DNA of 64,000 nucleotides from Myxococcales bacterium (GCA_023898405.1 CP060221.1:4958-68957), one strand, 5' to 3'; shown: positions 1-9,745, numbered from the stretch's first letter. The notes: generated by a model not told the origin, from the letters alone. A program made the numbers and translations.

Positions 1-142
1 GCTTGAGAAGCAAAAATTGAGAAAAGTTTATTAATCTTTAATCGCTACAGACATGGCTTCCTTTAAGTGAAAATCAGTATAAATCAGTCAATAAATATGT
101 TTTTGGCTTCCATCATTAACTGCTAAAACAAGGAAAATCATC

Positions 143-799
143 ATGATTAAGAATGTTTTTATCATTACTGCATTGGTAGCAATTAATCTTTCAGCTGGAA
201 GGAAACAAGCTAATCCATCTCAGCATTTGACGCCCCAATTCTCGAGAGCATATCAAAAAATTATTAATGCTAAAAGTATATCTATCTTGCCAAACGAAGG
301 GCCATTAGACTCTGAAAAGGTTTATTTTTACAAGGGGAGCTTAGAAAATGCGCACATGCATCAATATTTTCCTAAGCCCTATAACGCTAATCAAAGTAAT
401 TCCCGCATGCAAACTGAAGATGGCGGAATAATAAGAAAGATGAATCAAAGACTGCCGTACGGGCAAAGTACTGATTTTAAACTGCAAGCAAAGGTGTGGA
501 TATTGCAATATAATGATGAAGCTTATGTTTATGTGGAAGAATGGTGTTCGAAGCAAATCGAGCTTGAATATGCTGATTATTATCCCTCGAGCCCCCGTAT
601 TTATGAACCGAATTTAAATAACAACGACAATGACACTCAATTTATCCCGCCGCCGACTCCAAAGCCGATATGGCCAAGCATGGAACACAATCAGGAAGTA
701 ATAAGTGAGGAAAAAGATAGCCTAAATGACTTCGATAAGCTTATAGACGGGGGTATTCCCTCACCCACCTTAGAAGAACTGATAGCAACAGCCTTATGA
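143..799 (+). CDS. hypothetical exported protein (218 aa), N-terminal signal-peptide-like hydrophobic segment, Pro-rich C-terminal region
   Basis: ORF with hydrophobic N-terminus MIKNVFIITALVAINLSAG; no recognisable catalytic motif. Confidence 0.4.
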   Translation: MIKNVFIITALVAINLSAGRKQANPSQHLTPQFSRAYQKIINAKSISILPNEGPLDSEKVYFYKGSLENAHMHQYFPKPYNANQSNSRMQTEDGGIIRKMNQRLPYGQSTDFKLQAKVWILQYNDEAYVYVEEWCSKQIELEYADYYPSSPRIYEPNLNNNDNDTQFIPPPTPKPIWPSMEHNQEVISEEKDSLNDFDKLIDGGIPSPTLEELIATAL

Positions 800-1009
800 A
801 TTATTAATTTTAGTTAAGCTTTTTAGAAGCAAAACTCACTCGATGTCCTTATGCACACTTTAGTAATGTCATGAACACAAAGCCTGAATTGAAATAACAA
901 ACGAGCTATAGGAATAACTATGTTTATAAGTTTATCCCCCCTCCTTTACCTGTACCTTACTAAGTTTGCTTATTGAAGTAACAAATCTGATGAAAAAGTT
1001 AGAGTTCTA

Positions 1010-2350
1010 ATGCTAGCCGTCTTAATAATTTTGATGACATTTGTTAGCGGATGCAAAAACATCCAACATAAGGTGGTACCGGCCTTTAAATTGGCTTCGG
1101 AGTCTATTAGCCAAAATATACCAGGCCCTATTTTTTTCATAAACAAAGATAAAAATAGGACGCTTAGTATTGATCCTGAAACACTAGAGATTTGTTTAAT
1201 AGGTGATGAAGGGAAGATAGTGCTATCGCACTCGCAAAATAAGATTCCGATAAAAATCATAAGTAAAACACGTGATATTTTTGTGTTTTCAAGAGATGGA
1301 CTGCTTTTTACTACGGCAATTCGAAGAGATAAGATTACGGTCAAGATTTCTAATATATCTAAGCAACCCGCAAATTTGATTTTTCCATCTTTAGAAACTA
1401 AAGACCAATTTCTTCTGCCTATACTAGAAGGGGTTATGATATCGCCACATAGTAAATCCTGGATGAGCTATATGGGAAGCCATACTCGTGAATTAATCGA
1501 ATTATTTTCTTTCCCTGCATGGGGACTAAGAACTTCTGCTGAAACTTTTTCATACCTTATAGAAGATCCTATTGAAACAGAGGCAATTAATTTAGAAAGC
1601 AAAGAAAATGAATACCAAAAATCATTACATATTCAAAATAAAATAAATCAATTCGCAAAGTCATTCCCAGGTGGTGTGCTTGAAGCAACACAGAATTGGG
1701 GTAATAGTGTATCTCCTTGGATTATTCAGCAATTAGAAAAATCAGGGATAAAGAGAGCATGGCTTGGGGTTAACAGTTTTGAACATGCTAAAAACCATAT
1801 TGGTTTTATAACGGCTGCGGTTGAAAAAAATTATCTCGTCGGAGCTTACGATTCGTACCATTCGATGCATGATCCTAATAACTCAGAATGGCCAACAGCT
1901 AATTTGGGTTCAAAAGTTTTCAAAGAATCAAGGATAACAACCTCAACAGGTATACAGAGCAAAGGATTTCTCGGTAAAGGTTTTCATGTAAATAGTAAGT
2001 ACATTCGTTCTTACTTTGAAAACATAACCGGCAATCAAATTTCTATAGGTTTCAACTCTTGGTTCATAGATTGTGACGGAGCAGGGGAACTATTTAGCAA
2101 TTATGGAGAAATGTACCCAATGACTCAAGCGGAAGATCGACAGGAACGAATTGATCGTCTGCAATGGCTCGAGAGAAATTATAAGATCGTAGTAGGAACA
2201 GAAGGAGCTCGCTCTTATATAGTGCCTTCAGTCCACTTTGCACATGGAACACTTACTCCGCCATTTACCTATAGCTTTAAGCAAATATTTTGCGAGAGAT
2301 ACTCTATGGAGTTCCTCCCTTATTTCATGTCAATAGAAGTGAGTGGGTAA
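1010..2350 (+). CDS. putative lipoprotein (446 aa), function unknown
   Basis: N-terminal signal with lipobox-like LMTFVSGC; long ORF; followed by out-of-frame fragments (2290..2659) suggesting 3' decay. Confidence 0.45.
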   Translation: MLAVLIILMTFVSGCKNIQHKVVPAFKLASESISQNIPGPIFFINKDKNRTLSIDPETLEICLIGDEGKIVLSHSQNKIPIKIISKTRDIFVFSRDGLLFTTAIRRDKITVKISNISKQPANLIFPSLETKDQFLLPILEGVMISPHSKSWMSYMGSHTRELIELFSFPAWGLRTSAETFSYLIEDPIETEAINLESKENEYQKSLHIQNKINQFAKSFPGGVLEATQNWGNSVSPWIIQQLEKSGIKRAWLGVNSFEHAKNHIGFITAAVEKNYLVGAYDSYHSMHDPNNSEWPTANLGSKVFKESRITTSTGIQSKGFLGKGFHVNSKYIRSYFENITGNQISIGFNSWFIDCDGAGELFSNYGEMYPMTQAEDRQERIDRLQWLERNYKIVVGTEGARSYIVPSVHFAHGTLTPPFTYSFKQIFCERYSMEFLPYFMSIEVSG

Positions 2351-2659
2351 AAAACGGCAAGATAGTATCCCGCTACTATTCTGCTGTTGGAAACTTTTTG
2401 CAAGTAATTGCCCCTCAAGAACTTTTAGAATTTAATATTCTTACAAAAGATAGACTTGTTCAAAAAACTATTTTTACGAACGGCTTATGAAGTCATAGCT
2501 AATTTTTCTTCTTCATCCTTGCATAAAATAAAAATTGGAAAAAGATTTTTTATAATACCCCCATTGTCCGCACTATTGGTTTCGCAACAACAAACTCAGC
2601 TTGTAAAGGTAAAACAAATTCTGATGGGGCAAAGATCCAACGTTTTTGCTGAACATTAA
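2290..2659 (+). pseudogene. two short out-of-frame ORF fragments downstream of and overlapping the 1010..2350 gene; possible gene remnant
   Basis: 66-aa and 67-aa ORFs in the two other frames; the second starts with TTG, so no ATG start; no RBS seen. Confidence 0.2.
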
Positions 2660-2681
2660 GATAGCTTTTTCAAGATCTGCA

Positions 2682-3344
2682 TCAGCAAAAATAATTGTGG
2701 AAAGTAATTTCCAGAAATTTTTGATACTCTAAAGCATCTTTAAAATCGTTTTTATAGTCTTGATACCCGTAGTGAGGGTCTAAGAGCAAATCAATTATTT
2801 TTTCAAAACAACTATTGATTTCGCATTTATAATTACCGCTTGAAATTAATTTTTCTAACTCGATTTTCACTTTTTTTCTCCATTTTTGTTTTTTAAATAT
2901 TTTTTCTTGGGCACGAATTTTTTGATTGGCTTTATGTTTAAAACTTTCACTAACTGGATTTGAAAATTGGATTTGAACGGAGCCAAAAGATTGAGATTTA
3001 TAATATTCTTTCTCGCCAACCAGGTCTTCAACAGCTGCTACGTAATTTCTATAGCAGGCAAGAGAATTATGCCCAGTTTGAGTTTTTTGCAATATCATCT
3101 GATCATCGTGCCTAAAAGTTACAATGTGAATTGTGTGCGAAAAGATGACAAACAGCTGATAAGTACCGCTGTCATTTGGCGAACTGGAAAAAAGGAATGT
3201 TCCGTCATTTTGAGTGCTCAGAAGCTGCAAATGCTCTCTTGAAACATTTTTAATATAAGCTTCGTGCTCATGGGCAAGAGTCGAGAATAAATTATTAGAA
3301 AAAATGCCGTTCAAGGCGAAAAAAAAACAAATAATTTTACGCAT
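2682..3344 (-). CDS. hypothetical exported protein (about 220 aa from internal Met MRKIICFFFALNG)
   Basis: ORF 2682..3416; signal-peptide-like segment begins at the internal Met, so start placed at 3344. Confidence 0.4.
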   Translation of the reverse strand: MRKIICFFFALNGIFSNNLFSTLAHEHEAYIKNVSREHLQLLSTQNDGTFLFSSSPNDSGTYQLFVIFSHTIHIVTFRHDDQMILQKTQTGHNSLACYRNYVAAVEDLVGEKEYYKSQSFGSVQIQFSNPVSESFKHKANQKIRAQEKIFKKQKWRKKVKIELEKLISSGNYKCEINSCFEKIIDLLLDPHYGYQDYKNDFKDALEYQKFLEITFHNYFC

Positions 3345-3667
3345 GGATGTCCTCACTGTAAAGCATTGAATACAGGCAACCAAATAGTAAAAAATTAGAA
3401 CGAGAAAGTATTCCAATTACATATGAATGACTAGTATTTAAGGTCTACAATTTGGGCACTATTGCACGCTGAAGCGAAATTTAACCTGATTGAATCGAGG
3501 TAGCATACGATAATAAATGTAATTATATGTGCGCATGAAGTTGCATCTGTTCAACCAAGAAAACAACAGGTATTGAATCGAGTTTTCATGGGAAAAGATA
3601 GTAAGATAAAATATTTCCCCTAACAGCCCTTTATTTGGGGAGGATAGGGGTATATGGTACTCGCGCG

Positions 3668-4339
3668 TTATTCTATGACTCGTCGGGCATGCATAAAACG
3701 TGATTTATACCATCCGTCGAATTTGCGAACTTGAACTCCAGAATTAGTGGACGAGCTTGTCGAATCAATAATATGGTCTGGATCGACATAGATGACAACA
3801 TGGACTACGCGACTTTTATTGCTATCTCCAATGTAGAGCAAATCACCTGGTTCAAAGTTTTCACCAGAACGAAGCTTCCGGCCAGCTTTTAATGACACGC
3901 TTTGTTGTGCAACATCGCTTGTAAACAAAATACCAAGGCCGTAGTTATAAACCCAAGTCGTAAAATTAGAGCAATCTAAGCCGACTCCACCGGTAAGAGC
4001 TTTTCCCGGTGTCGCTTCAGGAGACCAGGCCAGAATATGATGATGCCTGTACTTGATTCCAACATATTTTTTAGCGACTGCAAGTATGCGCTCCCTTTTC
4101 CATCTGATGGAGTCACATCCCGCAGGTGCGCTTACTTTAGGAAATTGTTTCCAAAGGGGACCCCATTCCCATCCTCCACTTGTCGTAATGTCGTATTTCG
4201 GCCAACTAGATTTTGGCTTATCAGTTTGGGGCAGCTGGTCTCTTTGGGAAAAATCAGATGTAAGACTAACTTCACATTGGTTAGGCAGAAGCGTGCTATT
4301 TAGTGTTGGTGTGTCTTGGACTTTAATTACGGTACCCAA
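3668..4339 (-). CDS. NlpC/P60-family cell-wall peptidase domain (C-terminal part of a probably frameshifted lipoprotein gene)
   Basis: Cys motif GLDCSNFTTWVY and His motif HVVIYVD typical of NlpC/P60. The ORF has no ATG (begins at TTG) and overlaps the upstream lipoprotein ORF by 13 bp in another frame. Confidence 0.6.
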   Translation of the reverse strand: MGTVIKVQDTPTLNSTLLPNQCEVSLTSDFSQRDQLPQTDKPKSSWPKYDITTSGGWEWGPLWKQFPKVSAPAGCDSIRWKRERILAVAKKYVGIKYRHHHILAWSPEATPGKALTGGVGLDCSNFTTWVYNYGLGILFTSDVAQQSVSLKAGRKLRSGENFEPGDLLYIGDSNKSRVVHVVIYVDPDHIIDSTSSSTNSGVQVRKFDGWYKSRFMHARRVIE

Positions 4340-4743
4340 ATCTCCTGGTCCAAAATCAGGATTTTGTCTTCTTGTATATTTTCAGCAGGATTATTTTTAT
4401 TTTCCAAAGTGCCTTGAGCCTTTGATGGTTCAGGTACTAAAACAGCCCCCAGAATATCTTGGGGTTTTTTGCCGATCGTTTCAGGCAGTTCTTCGCTTAT
4501 TTTCTTCTCAAATTCTTTGGGAGGGTGGTCTATGGGCCCTGGTTTATCACTTTGCAAATCAGGTGCATTATGCCCACCAATGGAATCATCTATGCCTTTG
4601 GATGTTTTAGTAGGTTCACTCTCAATATTATGAGCTGGATTTGAAGCTTGACCTGATCCGCTACCATTACAGGATGCGACCATTATACCAGTCACTAGGA
4701 TCGTTATTTGCTTGAAAAGATGTATTAATTGGTTAATTTTCAT
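4327..4743 (-). CDS. lipoprotein N-terminal segment (signal plus lipobox VASC, Gly/Ser/Pro-rich linker); likely N-terminal part of the NlpC/P60 gene
   Basis: ATG at 4741..4743 preceded by AGGA; LVTGIMVASCNGSGSG lipoprotein signal; ends 13 bp inside the NlpC/P60 ORF. Confidence 0.4.
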   Translation of the reverse strand: MKINQLIHLFKQITILVTGIMVASCNGSGSGQASNPAHNIESEPTKTSKGIDDSIGGHNAPDLQSDKPGPIDHPPKEFEKKISEELPETIGKKPQDILGAVLVPEPSKAQGTLENKNNPAENIQEDKILILDQEIWVP

Positions 4744-4964
4744 AATGATTAAAATCCTAAGTTCTAGTTCATATCGCTGACCTAACAATTTCTGTAGCGA
4801 GAAACCACGACCACGATCAAAAGCTTTGGGAAAACTCTTCAAAATTGAAGGTAAATAGATTCATTCTAAGCTCCAATCTGGTACGCTATGGTCTATTTAA
4901 AACGACGCTGATTTTTAAGCGAAAATTGCGGTTTCTAAAATCTTTGACTTACTTTTGCCTTCTA

Positions 4965-5702
4965 CTATTCTTCTTTTGTGAATGACATTTTGCTTTTACC
5001 TTGATAGTGCTTAATGTCATGAAATGCTTCGGACTGATAGCGTGCACTATAAAACAGGCGCAGATTTTTTTCTTCAAGAGTTATATGAGATATATAAGTT
5101 GCAGGGTAAAAACCATCGTCATTTTTGGGTTCTTTTATGTTTCCAAAAAAGATCCAGTCAAAAAAGTAGGCTATGCGTGCAACAAGAAATGCAAGATGTT
5201 TTATGCTTAAAGCATTTTTTGAAAGAGCATTTTCAAGTTTTTGTTTTTCCTTAATAAAAAATACTTGAACTGTAAGTTTTGCACTGTCGAACTGCGGGCG
5301 TTCCGTGTATAAAAAGTAGGAAGAAAAATAATCCCAATCATTCCTTCTAATATTCAATGTTTCTCGCAACATTTCATCAATCATGTCTCTCATATATATC
5401 GCTAATTTTTCCTGGTTTTCAGGTAATAATGAACCGTGCTCATGTTCTTCGCTAAACCAGGAGGCAAGTGCATCAATATCATCAAGTAATTCTTCTGATA
5501 CGTTATTAGGACGTGGAATATCTGTGAAGTTATTTTGTATAATTTGATATGGCACATCATCAATAGCCAAAGCAGTTTTATCGCTTATTTTTGTATTTGT
5601 AATCGTACAGGCGGCAAGCGCGAGTGTTCCGTAAAGGGCTAGTGTAAAATAAATTCGAATGCATTTGGTCAGGGAAAAAAAATGCCAATACATAGGAATC
5701 AT
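4965..5702 (-). CDS. putative lipoprotein (about 245 aa), function unknown
   Basis: Internal Met start MIPMYWHFF...LALAACTITN with lipobox LAAC; long ORF. Confidence 0.4.
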   Translation of the reverse strand: MIPMYWHFFSLTKCIRIYFTLALYGTLALAACTITNTKISDKTALAIDDVPYQIIQNNFTDIPRPNNVSEELLDDIDALASWFSEEHEHGSLLPENQEKLAIYMRDMIDEMLRETLNIRRNDWDYFSSYFLYTERPQFDSAKLTVQVFFIKEKQKLENALSKNALSIKHLAFLVARIAYFFDWIFFGNIKEPKNDDGFYPATYISHITLEEKNLRLFYSARYQSEAFHDIKHYQGKSKMSFTKEE

Positions 5703-5955
5703 AAAGACCTCTTTTTGATTTTGCCCACTTATCAGGTCTATTAAAAAAGTACAGTTGAGTTCAGTAACTGGAATGGCACTACTAAGGAGGACATTATCGG
5801 GGAAAAAATAAAGCAAGATGAAAAATAGTCCCCACTTTCTGCCTCTTTGAAAAATTTTGCAAAAGCGATTTTTTGGAAATATTCAAATTCTTTTCTAGTT
5901 TCTCCTGCTAAAAAGCGCGGAACTAATCCGCGCCTATTTTTTACACAAGATAATG

Positions 5956-6609
5956 TCAAGTATACGAACACTCAAAAAAATTCCCGTCCTCATCCCAAGG
6001 TTGAAGAATTACACTCTCAAAATCACTTGTTGTATTTATTTGTGCTGAACAATCTTTTTCATCGATGCTCCAAATAATTTCAAACGTGAAAGTAAGTTGC
6101 CCATCAACTTTACTAACGAGGGTAAGAAGTAAATCAGCTTGTGAATAGATTTCTTTAAATTCGCTTTTATCTTGGGCAAAAAAATCTTGCACTGTTTTTG
6201 ATTGAAGAATTTTCTCCTTAATCTCTGGAGTGATTCCATTCACGTCATAACAAAGATCTGTTGTGGCTTGATCAAAAAAGCCATAGACGCTGGGCTCCCA
6301 AGTGGTTTGGCTAGGGACTAATAAAGAACCGCTAGGCATTTCCATGCTAATTTTACGAAAACTATTGGCTTCTATTTTTTGGATTTCAAATTGTTCTTCA
6401 TTTCTTTCAAAAAGGCATTCTTCAGAAGAAATTTGATTGCCACCTGCATTCAAATATTGAATGCTTGCAGACGACCAATAATTATTTTCGTTGATTTCTA
6501 TTCGGTAGGCTCCAGTTGTGGAATATGGGCAAATGACCGACCAAGTATTGTAGGCACTAGCGCTTAGACCTAGCATAAGAGTCGTAAAAATAGGTACAAA
6601 TTTTTTCAT
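5956..6609 (-). CDS. hypothetical exported protein (217 aa)
   Basis: Signal peptide MKKFVPIFTTLMLGLSASA. Confidence 0.45.
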   Translation of the reverse strand: MKKFVPIFTTLMLGLSASAYNTWSVICPYSTTGAYRIEINENNYWSSASIQYLNAGGNQISSEECLFERNEEQFEIQKIEANSFRKISMEMPSGSLLVPSQTTWEPSVYGFFDQATTDLCYDVNGITPEIKEKILQSKTVQDFFAQDKSEFKEIYSQADLLLTLVSKVDGQLTFTFEIIWSIDEKDCSAQINTTSDFESVILQPWDEDGNFFECSYT

Positions 6610-6800
6610 TCCTTCACCTTCTGAAACTTTTGTATAAAAGCAGCTCAGTACAAAAAACTTGCAAAAAGTTTTTTAAAAGCTGTGTAAAGTTTTTATTAAA
6701 AGGGAGAAAAATTTGGCCTTTAAATCGTAGAGAGCATATTTGAGTTAGTTCGTATAATTTTATGTATCAATAACGAAAACAATCTCTAAGAGACCGTTTT

Positions 6801-6834
6801 GAAAATATTTTCTCAGCTTAGAGAAAATATTTTT
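6801..6834. terminator. perfect 14-bp inverted repeat (GAAAATATTTTCTC / GAGAAAATATTTTT, 6-bp spacer) immediately 3' of the PP2C gene; probable terminator or operator
   Basis: Read directly from sequence; lies 9 bp beyond the PP2C stop codon. Confidence 0.35.
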
Positions 6835-6842
6835 GTCCTCTA

Positions 6843-8048
6843 TCACGTGTCATCACCGCCTGCGCTGGGATGACAAGGGAGAGCGGTCAAAATCACAACG
6901 CTAATGGTGATATCATCACGGATTCCCGAGAGAAGGTTTTCTTTTTCTTGATCTTCGCGATAAGGATTACTTTCATCTTTCTTTGCTGATGCAATCATCA
7001 ATTGATGAACAATGCTCTCAGCATCTTCTCTTTCATCTAAAAGCTTCTTTGTTTGGGTATAAGCATCGTCATTAGAGATATTGTCCCAAAATCCATCAGA
7101 AGCAATAATAAAAAATTTATTTTGACCTCTAACAAGCGGCACAAATTTAATCTCTGGTTCATAGGTCAGTCCACATTTATGTTTGCCATATCCCAACGCA
7201 CGCGTCATCTCTGACAGGGGACTCTCTTCTTCCCAGTCAACCTTAGTAATTATTTTCTGATCGCTGAGTAGATCTTGGTGAGGGTTGGTCGAAATAGGAA
7301 TAGATTCAGAACGATCAGGATTTTCATTTTCACATAAAAATAATTTTCTACGAACTGATTTATTACCTAGAGAGTCGCGCTTTTTTTGTACAACTTGTGG
7401 CGCTTTTCTATATTTTTCAGGTGGTTCTAAAATTGAATCTAGCTCCTTTTTTGGTTGGCACGAAAATTTTTTAATTCGCTCTTGCTCACTTTCACATTCC
7501 CAATTATGGTCGGCCGTTGCAAAAAAAATATTTTCATCGCCAAGTTCCCCCACCAAAATACGAGAGTCGCCCGTGTGAGCTAAAAAATAGCCTTCTTCAT
7601 TCCTTTCATTGCGAGCAATAATTAAAACTGCAGCAGTAGAGCCAGAAGGTTTACTTGTTCTCTGTGCTCTGTAGCCATTATTGGCGTATTCGAAACTTGT
7701 GACAATGCTTTGCTCTTGAAGTTTAAAATCGGGTTGCAACGCTGTATTTAGGCTGGGATAGATTACATCCTTGGCATATTGCGACATTCCGTAGCCTCTG
7801 TGTCCATCAAACACTCCGAAAAAAGCAAAGGACGCTTTATTAACATTTATAAAACGATCTTCATTAGGACCGCTTTTTCGATTGGTTTGTTGTGTAACTG
7901 TTGCAAAGTCTAGAGAATATTTTTCAAAAATTTTTTTGCAGTTGTCTTCTTCTGGCATCAGATTGCTAGCCAGCAGCAAAGAACTAAAGATAATATTAAA
8001 AAAAAATATCAATCGAAAAAAATTTAAAAAAAATTTTTGCTGTGCCAT
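6843..8048 (-). CDS. PP2C/PPM-family Ser/Thr protein phosphatase with N-terminal signal peptide or membrane anchor and a roughly 100-aa internal insertion
   Basis: PPM motifs FGVFDGHRG, SGSTAAVLII, LAHTGDSRILV, FFIIASDGFWDN, DDITISVV; N-terminus FFRLIFFFNIIFSSLLLASN hydrophobic; ATG start. Confidence 0.75.
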   Translation of the reverse strand: MAQQKFFLNFFRLIFFFNIIFSSLLLASNLMPEEDNCKKIFEKYSLDFATVTQQTNRKSGPNEDRFINVNKASFAFFGVFDGHRGYGMSQYAKDVIYPSLNTALQPDFKLQEQSIVTSFEYANNGYRAQRTSKPSGSTAAVLIIARNERNEEGYFLAHTGDSRILVGELGDENIFFATADHNWECESEQERIKKFSCQPKKELDSILEPPEKYRKAPQVVQKKRDSLGNKSVRRKLFLCENENPDRSESIPISTNPHQDLLSDQKIITKVDWEEESPLSEMTRALGYGKHKCGLTYEPEIKFVPLVRGQNKFFIIASDGFWDNISNDDAYTQTKKLLDEREDAESIVHQLMIASAKKDESNPYREDQEKENLLSGIRDDITISVVILTALPCHPSAGGDDT

Positions 8049-8169
8049 TTTGTCTCAAAATAGTTAGGTTGATGATCCTAACCATCTAAAATCATTTATC
8101 TTTTATGTAAAGAGGAATTCTATTCCCAAATATAAAAATAATAAATTAAAAGAGTTTTCGGATCAGCCG

Positions 8170-8553
8170 CTAAAAATCATTCACCACATTTTCCGAGGCA
8201 GTTCCAGAAACCTTGAGTGTCACATGCTCAAACTCCTGCACACGTTTGTCCTTAAGTTTCATGTGGCTCAAAACTTTAAAGCACGATATCTGACCATTTT
8301 CATTTATTTCAGAGAAGTGTTTGCAAAAGGCCTTATTGTCATCAGCTAGGTAATCAACAAAAGTGACCTTCAAATCTCTTTCTTTCATCCACATAATCCG
8401 TTTTTTAAACTCATCGTAGCTTAGCTCTTTGCCGTTCAAATTGATTTTGGCATCTGGGTAAAAATAATCTTCCAATAAATCGACCCTTCCTCCAGCTACC
8501 AAATTAGTGAAAAGTCCTTTAAAAAATAAGTTAAGCTGTTCATTATTTTTCAT
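8170..8553 (-). CDS. small hypothetical protein (127 aa), possibly NTF2/SnoaL-like fold; divergent from the AraC regulator
   Basis: Start at internal Met MKNNEQ preceded by GAGGGA RBS; weak fold-level guess only. Confidence 0.35.
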   Translation of the reverse strand: MKNNEQLNLFFKGLFTNLVAGGRVDLLEDYFYPDAKINLNGKELSYDEFKKRIMWMKERDLKVTFVDYLADDNKAFCKHFSEINENGQISCFKVLSHMKLKDKRVQEFEHVTLKVSGTASENVVNDF

Positions 8554-8646
8554 ATAATTTCCCTCAGTTTCTTTTGCGTATAAACTTTTTTTGAACTTCA
8601 TGCTTATCAATTGCGGTCGTAAAATTATCCAAAACGGACTTAAAGA

Positions 8647-9429
8647 ATGAAAGATCTTGAAAAACAAATAGATAGCAAGCAGAACCTTGTGGTGAGCTCA
8701 CGGAAAAATTATCGTGCTGGGCGAATAATAATCGACGAACATGCTCATAAGAAGCATCAAATTATTATTCCTCGCTCAGGAAGCATTCAAGTAATCGCAT
8801 CGGATCATGGCACGTACATGGCAACTTCTGGACAAGGTTTTTTTATTAAGGCTCATCAAAATCATCATGCCATTTATAGCGGAGTAATTTCTGTAGATAA
8901 TTTATACTTGTCTCCTCAGGTGTGCGATTTATTGCCTGATACTTTTGTATTTGAAATAACCAGTCTTTTATCTGCTCTCGCTGAAAGGCTTTGCAAAAAA
9001 TTGCACTGGGACAAATTGACCAAAGAACTGAGTTCTCTATGTTATCTATTGTGCGAAGAAATCAAAAACCATCATCAACCAGCCTCTTTTTTGCCTCGTC
9101 CCAACAATACCCAATTATTAGCAATAACGACCTCTATTGAAAACAATGTGCAATATATGAGCTCGATCAAGGATATTGCCAAAAAACTCAATATGAGTGA
9201 GCGACATTTTCGCAGATTTTTTCAAGCCGAATGCAAAATGAGTTTTTCTGCATGGCTTACTCGCCTAAAGATCATGCTGGCTAAAGAGATGCTTGCCGGA
9301 ACACTACCAATATCAGAAATTGCTTTGGAATTAGGTTTTGAAGAATTTGGTTCGTTCAGTCGTTTTTTTAAAAAAAATATAGGTGTTACTCCAGCTCAAT
9401 GGAGAAACAATTACTTGAGAGAAGTATGA
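8647..9429 (+). CDS. AraC/XylS-family transcriptional regulator (N-terminal cupin-like sensing domain, C-terminal AraC-type HTH)
   Basis: C-terminal motifs IKDIAKKLNMSERHFRRFFQ...SFSAWLTRLKIMLAKEML...ISEIALELGFEEFGSFSRFFKKNIGVTPAQWR. Confidence 0.8.
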   Translation: MKDLEKQIDSKQNLVVSSRKNYRAGRIIIDEHAHKKHQIIIPRSGSIQVIASDHGTYMATSGQGFFIKAHQNHHAIYSGVISVDNLYLSPQVCDLLPDTFVFEITSLLSALAERLCKKLHWDKLTKELSSLCYLLCEEIKNHHQPASFLPRPNNTQLLAITTSIENNVQYMSSIKDIAKKLNMSERHFRRFFQAECKMSFSAWLTRLKIMLAKEMLAGTLPISEIALELGFEEFGSFSRFFKKNIGVTPAQWRNNYLREV

Positions 9430-9745
9430 AAAATATAAAACTGTTTTTGTTGATTTTTTATGCGGGTCCTATTCTTAGTTATTCAAGCATGATGCCTCAT
9501 TTGAAAAATGAAGAGGAGAAATTCATTTCTTATGCAGGTAGAAAAAGAAATTTCCGGGAAATTAGTGCAAAGTTCCATCTAGCTGAAGTTGTTTTAAATA
9601 ATCATAACTAGTTGTCGTGCTGCTTGTGACCTAGGCTTCCTCCTAATAAAATGTAAGACTTGTAATCTTGAAACGTACTCTATTTGAGGTGGACCGCTGC
9701 TCAAGATAATGTTCTTAATTACTTAAAAAGAATATTTCAAATCAT

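Noticed and set aside
9399-9611. 70-aa plus-strand ORF overlapping the 3' end of the AraC gene
   Set aside because: Overlaps AraC coding region; no convincing RBS; hydrophobic stretch only. Could be a small exported peptide, but evidence is insufficient
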